From an uncultured Candidatus Saccharibacteria bacterium (GTDB lineage: Bacteria > Patescibacteriota > Minisyncoccia > Phycocordibacterales > DATGWK01): 64,000 nucleotides of DNA. A program made the translations under genes and the position numbers. This document shows positions 1-8,799 of the stretch, one piece after another (positions within the stretch are counted from its first letter, which is position 1; each line of letters opens with the position of its first letter). The stretch spans positions 79,082 to 143,081 of the forward strand of contig CAZBJL010000001.1 in assembly GCA_964492195.1 (NCBI GenBank), in the 5' to 3' direction. Below the pieces are notes generated by a model. It had not been told where the DNA came from. It searched no databases and saw only the letters and a list, made by a program, of their open reading frames with translations.

Positions 1-129
1 CCGCTGACGGCTGAAGCTGTTGGAAAATTCCAGCTCAAATATGGCATCGTTACATCAGCCCAGGACGTTGGGTATGGGGGATTTGGTCCGGTTACACGGG
101 CGAAGTTAAACAGTGTGCTTGCACAATAA
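1..129 (+). CDS. 3' end of a CDS with a peptidoglycan-binding-domain-like C-terminus (partial)
   Basis: In-frame translation ...AVGKFQLKYGIVTSAQDVGYGGFGPVTRAKLNSVLAQ* resembles PG_binding_1 repeats. The CDS is truncated by the window edge. Confidence 0.4.
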   Translation, partial: PLTAEAVGKFQLKYGIVTSAQDVGYGGFGPVTRAKLNSVLAQ

Positions 130-164
130 TAAGAGCGGCGAAAGATAGACTATATGGTTGCACA

Positions 165-190
165 CGACGGCTTTGGCCGCTTTTTTTATT
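165..190 (+). terminator. rho-independent terminator
   Basis: GC hairpin cggctttggccg followed by a T7 run. Confidence 0.45.
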
Positions 191-212
191 CAAAAATAAA
201 CCCTAGCGCGCC

Positions 213-449
213 CTAGTGTTTTTTAGAAAGATTTTCTAAATCCCGACCAATTCTTTTTATTTCGTTCTGACTGTGAGCAATTTTCTGGTTGATGTCGCTT
301 ATCTCACGGTCGAGTTCTGCAATTTCTCTGTTGAGTGTTTCCTGGTCGCGTTTCTTTTTGGTGTGTTCAGCTTCTACTTTTCTTAAACGAGCTTGTTCGT
401 TTGTGATTTCTCTCTCAAGAATTTGAAGGGCTTGTGCTGATCCACTCAT
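213..449 (-). CDS. hypothetical coiled-coil protein (78 aa)
   Basis: ORF is rich in heptad-like E/K/R/L/I repeats. A palindromic hairpin plus T-run lies downstream at 191-220. Confidence 0.45.
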   Translation of the reverse strand: MSGSAQALQILEREITNEQARLRKVEAEHTKKKRDQETLNREIAELDREISDINQKIAHSQNEIKRIGRDLENLSKKH

Positions 450-476
450 GGTTAGTTGTTTGTTACGTTGCTAATC

Positions 477-552
477 TGGTGCCGAGAGCCGGATTCGAAC
501 CGGCGACCCCATCCTCTTCAGGGATATGCTCTACCAACTGAGCTATCTCGGC
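477..552 (-). tRNA. tRNA-Phe (anticodon GAA)
   Basis: Manual cloverleaf: acceptor GCCGAGA/TCTCGGC, D arm GCTCAGTTGGTAGAGC, anticodon loop CTGAAGA, T arm GCCGGTTCGAATCCGGC, CCA encoded. Confidence 0.9.
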
Positions 553-564
553 GTGGCGCTCGTA

Positions 565-682
565 GGGTGAATTTTAATTCAGCTGTGCTGAGAGCACCTT
601 CGTGCGGACATATGTTTCGCGTCGCATGCTCCGCTCAACATATGATCCTTCCTCAGTTGCTCCGACCGCTTAAAATTCACCC
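565..682. repeat. 118 bp element bounded by perfect 13 bp terminal inverted repeats (gggtgaattttaa / ttaaaattcaccc)
   Basis: Perfect inverted repeats at 565-577 and 670-682, immediately 5' of the minus-strand tRNA-Phe. An internal CATATG-flanked hairpin is present. Confidence 0.5.
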
Positions 683-716
683 GTACTCACTTTTCGATGT
701 AAATACAAATTCAATG

Positions 717-977
717 CTATGGTTTTGCGAACGGATTTACGAAGTTTTGGATAGAATTCGCACCGTGTTGAAGGTTGCTGTATGCGGCAAAAAGCTGTTC
801 TAGGTAGGGCTGAATGTAGTAGTAGGCGCCAATAGATACACCGATAAGGATAATCCAGTAGATAAGCCTTCCAATTCCAACCAAACGGGCCGTTCTGCGC
901 ATTCCGTGAAGAATCCTGTTATTCTCCTCGGTAAGCGACATTAACCTCTCAAAAAACTTCTTATCTTGCAAATCCAT
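717..977 (-). CDS. hypothetical small membrane protein (86 aa)
   Basis: ORF with a central hydrophobic helix (LIYWIILIGVSIGAYYYI). Confidence 0.4.
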   Translation of the reverse strand: MDLQDKKFFERLMSLTEENNRILHGMRRTARLVGIGRLIYWIILIGVSIGAYYYIQPYLEQLFAAYSNLQHGANSIQNFVNPFAKP

Positions 978-1049
978 GTCGGAAATAGTACCAAAATATG
1001 GGCTTTGACGCCACTTTCTCGGCGGCAGTGCTTATACATCTTACTTCTA

Positions 1050-1121
1050 TGCCACCGATAGGAATTGAACCTATATCTATCCCTTAGGACGGGACTGTTC
1101 TATCCGTTGAACTACGGCGGC
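1050..1121 (-). tRNA. tRNA-Arg (anticodon CCT)
   Basis: Cloverleaf: acceptor GCCGCCG/CGGTGGC, D stem GTTC/GAAC, anticodon stem GTCCC/GGGAT with loop GTCCTAA, T arm ATAGGTTCAATTCCTAT. Confidence 0.8.
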
Positions 1122-1161
1122 TCGGACCGAAGCATATCACGAGCAAAAAACAGGGGGAATG

Positions 1162-1404
1162 TTATGCGGGCAAACCGAGGAGATTAGCGATGATTGGTTT
1201 GTTGAAACCAACAACGAGGTCAGTGTCGCCAATAATGATGACAGGGACACCCATCTGGCCGCTTTTTTCGATCATTTCATTTCGCCTTTCAGTGTCTGCG
1301 GCGACGTTGTGTTCTTCGTAAGGGATATTGTTTGCTGCGAAATACTCTTTGGCTAATTTGCAGTATTTGCACACAGGGGTAGAAAATATTGTGACTTTTT
1401 TCAT
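1162..1404 (-). CDS. glutaredoxin-like protein (NrdH/YruB family)
   Basis: 80 aa protein with N-terminal CKYC redox motif and a thioredoxin-fold pattern (VPVIIIGD). Confidence 0.75.
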   Translation of the reverse strand: MKKVTIFSTPVCKYCKLAKEYFAANNIPYEEHNVAADTERRNEMIEKSGQMGVPVIIIGDTDLVVGFNKPIIANLLGLPA

Positions 1405-1549
1405 ATTTTTTTAAAAAATAAATTAGAAGTGAAGAGATTATAGCATATTTGAAATGTACGGAATTTTTAGAAAGAAACCTTTTATTTTATGACCCACTAG
1501 CGTTGCTTTCAGAACTGTATAAAGATAGAGAGTATATTAAATCAAGCAT

Positions 1550-2134
1550 TTACGCTCTGACAGAAATTGCCTCTTCAAGTAATTGAGGAAACTCAACCGT
1601 TTGCATATCGCTAAAACAAAAATGCCCGTATGAGTGGAAGTCTACAAGTTTTATATCAGGAATGGACCCGAGTATTTTTTCAACACTTACGTGAATTGAA
1701 CTATCGTCATTATCGCTATTGAAGATAGTTACTCCTGCTGTACGTGAGACCAGTTTTTCATCCATTGTAAAGTTGAAGAAATCATTATCTTTTCCTTTGC
1801 TTTTTTCAGGGTCTAGCCACGGAGCAACCAATACAACCTTACCAACAGTTACGTTTTTATTTTCAGATAACCAACGAACTAAAAATCCACCACCACAACT
1901 ATGACCGATAAGTATTGTTTCTGGTGTGATATCAAAACGTTCTAGCTCACGCTTCCATACAGCATAATCAGGCATATATGAGTTTGGTACCTCTATAACT
2001 ACAGCAGGAATATCTCTAATGATGAGTTGTTTCTGTAGCCACGGTAGCCAGTGTGAGTTACTGGCTGAAGGGTAGTCAGGTGAGTAGTACTCTTCTTTAT
2101 CAGATGTGCCGTGAATGATAATTGCATTTTTCAT
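1550..2134 (-). CDS. alpha/beta hydrolase, RBBP9/YdeN-like serine hydrolase
   Basis: GHSCGG nucleophile-elbow motif. Start taken at MKNAIIIHG inside the longer ORF 1550..2167. Confidence 0.65.
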   Translation of the reverse strand: MKNAIIIHGTSDKEEYYSPDYPSASNSHWLPWLQKQLIIRDIPAVVIEVPNSYMPDYAVWKRELERFDITPETILIGHSCGGGFLVRWLSENKNVTVGKVVLVAPWLDPEKSKGKDNDFFNFTMDEKLVSRTAGVTIFNSDNDDSSIHVSVEKILGSIPDIKLVDFHSYGHFCFSDMQTVEFPQLLEEAISVRA

Positions 2135-2211
2135 AACACAAAGTATACCAAAGTTCTGAACCCCCATTGGGGTGCTCTGAAATACGTTGATAAATATAGC
2201 TTCTTATTTTG

Positions 2212-2283
2212 TGACCCTACCGGGAATCGAACCCGGGTTTGCGCCTTGAAAGGGCACTGTCCTAACCGTTAGACGATAGGGCC
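2212..2283 (-). tRNA. tRNA-Glu (anticodon TTC)
   Basis: Cloverleaf: acceptor GGCCCTA/TAGGGTC, anticodon stem GTGCC/GGCGC with loop CTTTCAA, T arm CCGGGTTCGATTCCCGG. Confidence 0.85.
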
Positions 2284-2374
2284 GAAAAACATCGGAACGC
2301 TTGGTACTGTAACATTTTCTTTAAAAAGTGTAAAAAAGGCCCCAATGCGTTACTATTTGCAGGTGTTGAAGACT

Positions 2375-2461
2375 GGAAGTGTGGCAGAGTGGTCGAATGC
2401 ACCGCTTTCGAAAAGCGGCATGCTCGAAAGGGTATCAGAGGTTCAAATCCTCTCACTTCCG
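2375..2461 (+). tRNA. tRNA-Ser (anticodon CGA), long variable arm
   Basis: Acceptor GGAAGTG/CACTTCC, anticodon stem CCGCT/AGCGG with loop TTCGAAA, long extra arm, T arm AGAGGTTCAAATCCTCT. Confidence 0.85.
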
Positions 2462-2516
2462 CAATGACCGATAAGGTATAATTCTTGTATTAGAAGGTGA
2501 TTTAATATTACGCACT

Positions 2517-2936
2517 ATGGACATTAATTTCTGGGCAGTGCTTGTGAGTTCGGTGGTTGTGATGGTTTTAGGTTTTGTGTGGCACGGACCGCTTTTTGGA
2601 AAAAAATTCAACGAAGCGATGGGTATGACGATGCCGACCGATCCTGAAGTGCGAAAAAAGATGATGAGGGGAATGAATAAAATTTATCTCATTCAGTTTC
2701 TTCTTTTTGTTGTGCAAATGTTTGTTTTGGCAAAACACATCAGCTTAGTTCCAAGTATGTCTGCCGTTGCAACCGCGTTCTGCTTGTGGCTTGGATTCGT
2801 GATGCCGACGGTTGCGAGCGCTGCAATTTGGAATGATAGATCAACAAAAGCGCGATGGACGATTTTCTTTGTGAGCGCAGGTTTTAATCTTGTTTCACTT
2901 GTCATTGCGGCGTTGATTCTCGGGATGTGGAACTAG
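2517..2936 (+). CDS. DUF1761-like integral membrane protein
   Basis: 139 aa, four predicted TM helices. N-terminus (WAVLVSSVVVMVLGFVWHGPLFGKKF) matches DUF1761 proteins. Confidence 0.5.
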   Translation: MDINFWAVLVSSVVVMVLGFVWHGPLFGKKFNEAMGMTMPTDPEVRKKMMRGMNKIYLIQFLLFVVQMFVLAKHISLVPSMSAVATAFCLWLGFVMPTVASAAIWNDRSTKARWTIFFVSAGFNLVSLVIAALILGMWN

Positions 2937-3001
2937 GGTAGCTTGAATTAATATTTGAATTTGAGTTAGAATAACGATCCGGAAATTGTTTCCGGATTCC
3001 A

Positions 3002-3073
3002 GGGCGATTAGCTCAGTTGGTAGAGCGCAACATTGACGTTGTTGATGCCAGAGGTTCGAGTCCTCTATCGCCC
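3002..3073 (+). tRNA. tRNA-Val (anticodon GAC)
   Basis: GGGCGAT TA GCTCAGTTGGTAGAGC ... anticodon loop TTGACGT ... AGAGGTTCGAGTCCTCT ATCGCCC A. Confidence 0.9.
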
Positions 3074-3086
3074 ACAGAGTTTTATT

Positions 3087-3908
3087 ATGTCTATAAATAA
3101 AAATTTTCAAAATATCGAATCGTATCTGCATCCATATGAAAACTGGAAGGCTGTTCAAGACAAACCTCGGCCGTATGTGTTTGAAATTAAGAGAGGAGGG
3201 CAAAACCTCTTTTATTTTGGTGCAAACCATTCTCGTGACATCCGAGACGACCAATATAAAAAACTAGAAGAATATTGGAGAAATTTTTTAGATACCACTA
3301 AGGGTAATGACAGAATTGTTTTTGTTGAAGGGGCATTACGTCAAGTTTGGACAGACCCTCAAACTTCTATTCTAAAAGATTCAGAAGCTGGTTTCATAAC
3401 CTTCCTGGCTTCAAAAGAGGGTATTGAAATTTCTTGTCCCGAACCTGATGCAAAATCTGAAAGAGATTTTCTGCTCACCAAATTTTCCAATGACGAGATT
3501 CAGTATTATTATTTTGCTCGGATCATTCCAAGTTGGTATAAACTTCCCGAACCTCGGCCAACTTTTGAAAGTCATATGAATATGTATCAAATGGCTGCGA
3601 AGAAGGGAGTTTCTGAAGAATCGTGGAGCGGATATGATTTTTCACTGGATAATATGAAAAGTGTTCACAAATCTTTGTTCGATCAAGATTTTGATGAACA
3701 TGACAAGGATTTTATTTTGAGTGTGATAAATCCGATGACAGAAAAGACAATTATAAATAAAATTGCGAGAGCGAGTAGTCGATTTCGAGACGTTAGTATC
3801 GTCTCGAACATTGTCGAGGAATGGCAGTCTGGTCGAGATATTTTTGTTGTCTTTGGATTTGCCCACGCTGTACTGCAGGAACCAGCACTTAAAAAAATGT
3901 TGATTTGA
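3087..3908 (+). CDS. TraB/GumN (Tiki-like) family protein
   Basis: N-terminal LFYFGANH and C-terminal VFGFAHAV match the GTxH ... GAAH signature of TraB/GumN/Tiki proteins. Start moved to MSINKN because the longer ORF (3033) overlaps tRNA-Val. Confidence 0.45.
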   Translation: MSINKNFQNIESYLHPYENWKAVQDKPRPYVFEIKRGGQNLFYFGANHSRDIRDDQYKKLEEYWRNFLDTTKGNDRIVFVEGALRQVWTDPQTSILKDSEAGFITFLASKEGIEISCPEPDAKSERDFLLTKFSNDEIQYYYFARIIPSWYKLPEPRPTFESHMNMYQMAAKKGVSEESWSGYDFSLDNMKSVHKSLFDQDFDEHDKDFILSVINPMTEKTIINKIARASSRFRDVSIVSNIVEEWQSGRDIFVVFGFAHAVLQEPALKKMLI

Positions 3909-3984
3909 TTCTAGAAATCTGAACTTTTTTCAACAGTCTCTCATACAAATTTCCAAACAGCGAAATCTGGTTATACGAGAGTTT

Positions 3985-4452
3985 CTACGCTTGGGTCACA
4001 GGCAGACTGTATGTTGCGTTTCCAAAACCTAAAATTGGATAGAAAATAATTGGGAGAAATACGAGTCCGAGAGTAAACAAAAATCCTTTACCAAAAGCTT
4101 CAGAGAGTTTGTGCACAACAATGAGAGCGATAATAATATTCACAATCGGAATGAAATAAAGGATTATCCACCACGTTGGTTTTTTTATGATTTGGAGCAT
4201 GATAACGAGGTTGTAGATTGGAATAAGGGATGCCCAGCCAGGTTGACCTGCTTTGGTGAAAATTTTCCAGAGGGAAATAAATATGATGATTGTGGGAATC
4301 CAGAACACAGAAAAAATCGAAGGTCCGAGTATGTGGACGAAGAACGGACAGACAACATTGTGCCCGTTAACGCTACACGCGGCGCTTGCAGTATTGAGTG
4401 CTGGAGAAAAAGCAGAATACGTATTTGCTAAAAAATAAGACGCTGAATTCAT
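3985..4452 (-). CDS. DUF5684-like small membrane protein
   Basis: KAGQPGWASLIPIYNLVIMLQI...TWWIILYFIP motif. N-terminal extension of the ORF is uncertain. Confidence 0.45.
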   Translation of the reverse strand: MNSASYFLANTYSAFSPALNTASAACSVNGHNVVCPFFVHILGPSIFSVFWIPTIIIFISLWKIFTKAGQPGWASLIPIYNLVIMLQIIKKPTWWIILYFIPIVNIIIALIVVHKLSEAFGKGFLFTLGLVFLPIIFYPILGFGNATYSLPVTQA

Positions 4453-4617
4453 GTGTAATGTATTAATTTTAAAAACGTATCATTAAGAATACCATGCAGT
4501 TTTTTGGTGCAAAAAACCCCCTGTAAGTGAGATTAGACTTTTTTATGGTATGTGTTATTATATTGTTCGAACACATAAGGCCACAGCGCCTTGAGTACCT
4601 TCAAAAAGGAGAGTTGA

Positions 4618-4773
4618 ATGGGTCGATTGAATCACGGAGGAAAGTGGAAGGCAGAAGCCATGCCATCGAAAAAATGGAGGATTCCAGCTATCGTTGATTT
4701 TCTTTGTACCGCATTGACCTTCGTGTCTCTTGCGGTAGGACTCTTCGCTGTTCTGACTGCTGTATTGTTCTGA
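4618..4773 (+). CDS. unannotated 51 aa membrane peptide (MGRLNHGGKWKAEAMPSKKWRIPAIVDFLCTALTFVSLAVGLFAVLTAVLF)
   Basis: Strong SD AAAAAGGAGAG 4 nt before ATG. Basic N-terminus plus one TM helix. Upstream TTAGAC-17-TATTAT promoter-like sequence. Followed by a nested hairpin plus T-run at 4792-4835. Confidence 0.4.
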   Translation: MGRLNHGGKWKAEAMPSKKWRIPAIVDFLCTALTFVSLAVGLFAVLTAVLF

Positions 4774-4791
4774 CCCCGTTCCCTATGTTCA

Positions 4792-4835
4792 CACCTCGTA
4801 GATTCGCACAGCGAATTACCACGAGGTGTTTTTTT
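4792..4835 (+). terminator. rho-independent terminator (nested hairpin + T7)
   Basis: Stem cacctcgt...acgaggtg with inner stem attcg/cgaat, followed by ttttttt. Abuts the trxB stop codon (convergent). Confidence 0.5.
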
Positions 4836-5754
4836 ATGCCCGCAAATAGAGGTAGATGTCCTCGAGTGCTTTTACTGCATCACCAGCAGCGATGTTGTTT
4901 TGGTGATAGAGACCATCTGTGCAGTCTCCTGCAGCCCAGATGCCAGGTACGTGTGTCATTTGAGTCTTCGGGTCAACGGGAATCTGTCCGTATTGGTTGA
5001 GCGCAACAGCATCTTTTGCAAAATCTGTATTTGGAATGAGGCCAATTTCAACAAAGATTCCTTGCACAGAAAGAGTAATATCTGTAGCAGTTTTTTCGTC
5101 TGTGTATGTAAAAGAATTTACAAATTTTTCACCCTCGATTTTTTTTGGAATTGCATTCCTAATTAATTTCATGTTCGGGTGAGCCAAGACTTTTTCAACA
5201 GTTACCGGGTCAGCCTTGAGTGTATCGCCGCGGTTTATGAGTGTAACGCTTTTTGCATAGGCTAAAAGTTGCGCAGCTGTTTCAAAGCCGGCATTTCCGC
5301 CACCAACAACCAGCAAATCTTTGTCAGCAAACAATGGGCCGTCGCATGATGCGCAGTAGGTGAGTCCTTTACCGTCAAACTGCGCTGCACCAGGGATTTC
5401 GAGTTTACGGCGATGACTTCCGGTTGTAATGAGAACTGTTTTTGCTTCGTATGAAGCCGAGTCTGTTGTTATAGAAAAAATGTCACCGCTTTTGCTGATT
5501 TTTGTGACGTATTCACCTTCGCGAATATTGACCATGTCTCCGGCATTTGCCTCAAGGTGCTTTTTGAGATTCTCAACAAGGTCGAGTCCGCTAATAGAAA
5601 TGGTACCAATCCAATTTTGAATATCTTCGGCGACTGAACTCTGGCTTTCAAAATTTGGTGTAATAAAAACAGTCGAGAGTCTTTTTCTCGACGCATATAC
5701 ACCGGCGGCAACACCAGCCGGCCCACCGCCTAAAATTGCGAGATCATACACCAT
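4834..5754 (-). CDS. trxB: thioredoxin-disulfide reductase
   Basis: GGGPAG FAD motif, CASCDG redox-active disulfide, GGGNAG NADPH motif. Confidence 0.9.
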   Translation of the reverse strand: MVYDLAILGGGPAGVAAGVYASRKRLSTVFITPNFESQSSVAEDIQNWIGTISISGLDLVENLKKHLEANAGDMVNIREGEYVTKISKSGDIFSITTDSASYEAKTVLITTGSHRRKLEIPGAAQFDGKGLTYCASCDGPLFADKDLLVVGGGNAGFETAAQLLAYAKSVTLINRGDTLKADPVTVEKVLAHPNMKLIRNAIPKKIEGEKFVNSFTYTDEKTATDITLSVQGIFVEIGLIPNTDFAKDAVALNQYGQIPVDPKTQMTHVPGIWAAGDCTDGLYHQNNIAAGDAVKALEDIYLYLRA

Positions 5755-5760
5755 TAGCGA

Positions 5761-6957
5761 TTACTTTAACTTAGAACGACGTAAAAAGGCAGGGACAGCG
5801 CTCCATTCATCGTCTTCGTCAGTTTCACCCATTGGGATTGGTTTCTTTTCAGAAGAAGTTTCAACAAGCTTTGGCTGGCTGATAGCTGTAGGAACGGAAA
5901 TAGTGTTGTAAATTTTGCCTTTCTTTTCCGTTTCTTCTTCAGGACTTCGGTCGATAATTCTTTTCTGTTCTTCGTGTTGGAAAAGAGATTTGCGAACAGC
6001 GGCTTCGGGGAATCCTGTTGCAATAACGGTAATCCGCACTTCACCCTTTTTGAGCGCATCGCTTCTGATCGTTCCAAAAATAATTTTGGCGCTTGGGTCA
6101 ACGGATTCTGTAACAATTTTAGCGGCATCTTGGATTTCAAACATAGTGAGGTCGTCGCCACCAGCAATAGAAAAGAGTACGCCTTTTGCACCCGCAATAG
6201 AAAGTTCAAGGAGGGGAGAATTGATAGCCATTTTTGCGGCTTCTTCGGCGCGTTTGTCGCCTCCGGCATTACCGATACCCATAAGCGCAGGACCAGCATT
6301 TTCCATAATGGCTTTGATGTCGGCAAAGTCGATGTTGATGACACCGGGAGTTGTGATGAGGTCGGAAATTGCTTCGACTGCCTGTCTCAACACTTCGTCA
6401 CACATTGCGAAGGCACTTCGTGCGCTTGTTTCTTTATTGATGATGCTCAAAAGGCGATCGTTCGGAATGACAATAATAGCGTCTACAACGCTTCGAAGTT
6501 CTTCGAGGCCTTGTTCTGCGACACGCATGCGCTGGAGACCTTCAAAAAAGAAGGGCTTGGTAACGACAGCAACGGTGAGCGCACCGAGTTCTTTGGCGAT
6601 CTGGGCGATGCGAGGTGACGCACCTGTACCAGTACCACCTCCGAGTCCGCCGGTAACGAACACCATGTCTGCACCTTGGATTGCTTCACGAACTTCTTCT
6701 TGAGCTTCATCTACTGCACGACGGCCAAGTTCTGGATTCATGCCGGTACCGAGACCTCGAGTCAAATTTTTGCCGATGTGAATCTTTTTCTTCGCAAGCG
6801 TGTTGTGAAGATCTTGTGCGTCTGTATTGATTGCGATGAATTCAACGCCCTTAACCTTGGAGTTGATCATGTGGTTCAGTGCATTTTTGCCGGAACCACC
6901 AACACCGAGGACTTTGATTCGTGCAAATGCTTCAACTTCTGGCTTGATTTGGGGCAT
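5761..6957 (-). CDS. ftsZ: cell division protein FtsZ
   Basis: GGGTGTG tubulin signature and VGGSGKNA-like N-terminus. Start taken at MPQIKPEV. Confidence 0.92.
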   Translation of the reverse strand: MPQIKPEVEAFARIKVLGVGGSGKNALNHMINSKVKGVEFIAINTDAQDLHNTLAKKKIHIGKNLTRGLGTGMNPELGRRAVDEAQEEVREAIQGADMVFVTGGLGGGTGTGASPRIAQIAKELGALTVAVVTKPFFFEGLQRMRVAEQGLEELRSVVDAIIVIPNDRLLSIINKETSARSAFAMCDEVLRQAVEAISDLITTPGVINIDFADIKAIMENAGPALMGIGNAGGDKRAEEAAKMAINSPLLELSIAGAKGVLFSIAGGDDLTMFEIQDAAKIVTESVDPSAKIIFGTIRSDALKKGEVRITVIATGFPEAAVRKSLFQHEEQKRIIDRSPEEETEKKGKIYNTISVPTAISQPKLVETSSEKKPIPMGETDEDDEWSAVPAFLRRSKLK

Positions 6958-7130
6958 GGTGATGGTAGTTAATAATATTAGATGCCCAATGATACCACAG
7001 GGAAATTTCAAAAGAAAACACTTGACCCAAGGCACGTCGTGTTTCTAATTACAAGCCACTTTTCTGCTAATTTTAAGAAAAATTAAGCGAAAATTGAGGC
7101 TGTTTTTGGAATACTGGGAGGGGAATACGT

Positions 7131-8312
7131 TTACGGTAAAAACTGCTTCACAAAAGAAAGGATTTTGTTTTTTGTGCGTTTGGTGATTTTGCTGAAATGA
7201 AGTGCTCCTGAATCGTCTGTTGAAAGTCCCCATACACAGAGGCCATATGCCACTGACCATGAGCTGTCTTTGAACGGGCTTTTTGCTGGGTCACCAGAAT
7301 GAATTGCTGCAACTCGCGCTGGAAGCATAAGAGAGCTTTTTGCAATTTCTTCGATACCACCAATACTTGCACCTCCGCCGGTAAGAATAATTCCTGCGGG
7401 AAGAAGTCCGGCGTGACCAACTTTTTTAAGGTGATTACCGACAAGATCAAACATGTCTTCGATTCTTGCGTCCATGATGTCGTCGAGTTTCTTGCGGGGA
7501 ATGTTGAAAGAAGTGATGCCGCCGATTTTTATGTGTTCGGCTTCGTCGAGTGCGATTTTAAATCCAAGCGCAATGTCGTTCGTAATATTTGAAGAACCAA
7601 CAGGAAATACTTCGAGCGACTGCGGTTTGTTTTCGTCAAAGACGGCAAGGGTCAATGTTTCTGAACCAATGTTTACAAGTGCACAGCCAGCAATTTTCTG
7701 ACTTTTGTTTAAGGTGACGAGACTTGCAGCCATGGGCGACGCCATAACATCGATAACTTCAACTCCCGTTTCTTCAACTGCTTCGATTAAATTATGTAAA
7801 TGATGTTCGAGATACGTTATGAAAATCATGCGACATTCGAGCTTGTTGCCGCGAAGTCCTGCGGGGTTGTTGCCCAACACGAGCTTTCCGTCGAGTTTGT
7901 ACTGAAGGGGAATCGAGTGAATCGTTTCTCGATTCACAATCATTGAAGATGGGATTTCTTTTTCGCAGGCTTCGTGGACTTTCGTGACGTCGAGTTCGTC
8001 AATTTCAGAATCTCCACGAGATACCATGATAGAGCCTGTGGAAACAATGCTTTCGAGGCCGATTCCACCAACAGAAAGAAAAGCCCGCTTGATTTTAATG
8101 CCGCTTGTTTTTTCGGCGTGGGCGATTGCTTGGCTTAAACTTTTTACAACATCCGGCGCGCTGATTACGTACCCATGACGAAGGCCTTTAGACTCGGCAA
8201 ACCCGAGCCCTAACACACGTGGAAATTCCTTACCAGAGTCGGCGCTTTCCGCCACGACCACTTTGATTTGGTATGTTCCTATATCTATGCCAACAGTTGT
8301 TTTTTTGGACAT
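7131..8312 (-). CDS. ftsA: cell division protein FtsA
   Basis: Actin-like ATPase: N-terminal VGIDIGT and GGGAS motifs. Confidence 0.9.
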   Translation of the reverse strand: MSKKTTVGIDIGTYQIKVVVAESADSGKEFPRVLGLGFAESKGLRHGYVISAPDVVKSLSQAIAHAEKTSGIKIKRAFLSVGGIGLESIVSTGSIMVSRGDSEIDELDVTKVHEACEKEIPSSMIVNRETIHSIPLQYKLDGKLVLGNNPAGLRGNKLECRMIFITYLEHHLHNLIEAVEETGVEVIDVMASPMAASLVTLNKSQKIAGCALVNIGSETLTLAVFDENKPQSLEVFPVGSSNITNDIALGFKIALDEAEHIKIGGITSFNIPRKKLDDIMDARIEDMFDLVGNHLKKVGHAGLLPAGIILTGGGASIGGIEEIAKSSLMLPARVAAIHSGDPAKSPFKDSSWSVAYGLCVWGLSTDDSGALHFSKITKRTKNKILSFVKQFLP

Positions 8313-8403
8313 TTAAAATACTAAAAAATACACCGGTATCCGTGTACATCGAACGGTTGAGGAAAGCGATCTAAAAATAAATAAAAGAAAGAATTAAAAG
8401 ATG

Positions 8404-8799
8404 TTAATTCTTTATGCCAAAAATTGATCTGATCGCCATTTCTTCTTTGTCCATTCTACTACCATGATCCAGTCCTTTCAAATGATGTAAACCGTGGATA
8501 AACAAAAAAGCAACGCGTTCGTTGAGTGAAACGTTGAGTTTTTTTAGTTGGCGCGCAACTTTGTCTATACAAATAAAAATTTCTCCAGAATCTTTTGTGA
8601 GCGTGAAGCTTAAAATATCTGTAACCTTATCTTTGTTGCGATACGTTCTGTTGAGTGTTCGCATTCTTCGAGAACCGACAAATACAAGACTCAGTTCGTA
8701 GGTTTTCCCTAGAACTTTTTCTTTCATGAGGTTATACGGAAGGCGCAGAGGCGCTGTGTGTACCGTACTTTTTATTTCTACTGGCATCGAAGAAAACAC
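8404..8799 (-). CDS. ybeY: rRNA maturation RNase YbeY
   Basis: HGLHHLKGLDH zinc-binding motif. Confidence 0.85.
   Translation of the reverse strand: MFSSMPVEIKSTVHTAPLRLPYNLMKEKVLGKTYELSLVFVGSRRMRTLNRTYRNKDKVTDILSFTLTKDSGEIFICIDKVARQLKKLNVSLNERVAFLFIHGLHHLKGLDHGSRMDKEEMAIRSIFGIKN

Noticed and set aside
456-803. 115 aa + strand ORF
   Set aside because: Runs antisense across tRNA-Phe and the IR-flanked element. No SD, no motif. Artefact.
3033-3086. N-terminal 18 codons of the 291 aa ORF
   Set aside because: Overlaps tRNA-Val (3002-3073). Start moved to MSINKN at 3087.
5766-6703. Alternative-frame ORFs (192, 262, 214 aa) within the ftsZ locus
   Set aside because: Nested inside or antisense to the unambiguous FtsZ frame. 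Low-complexity translations.
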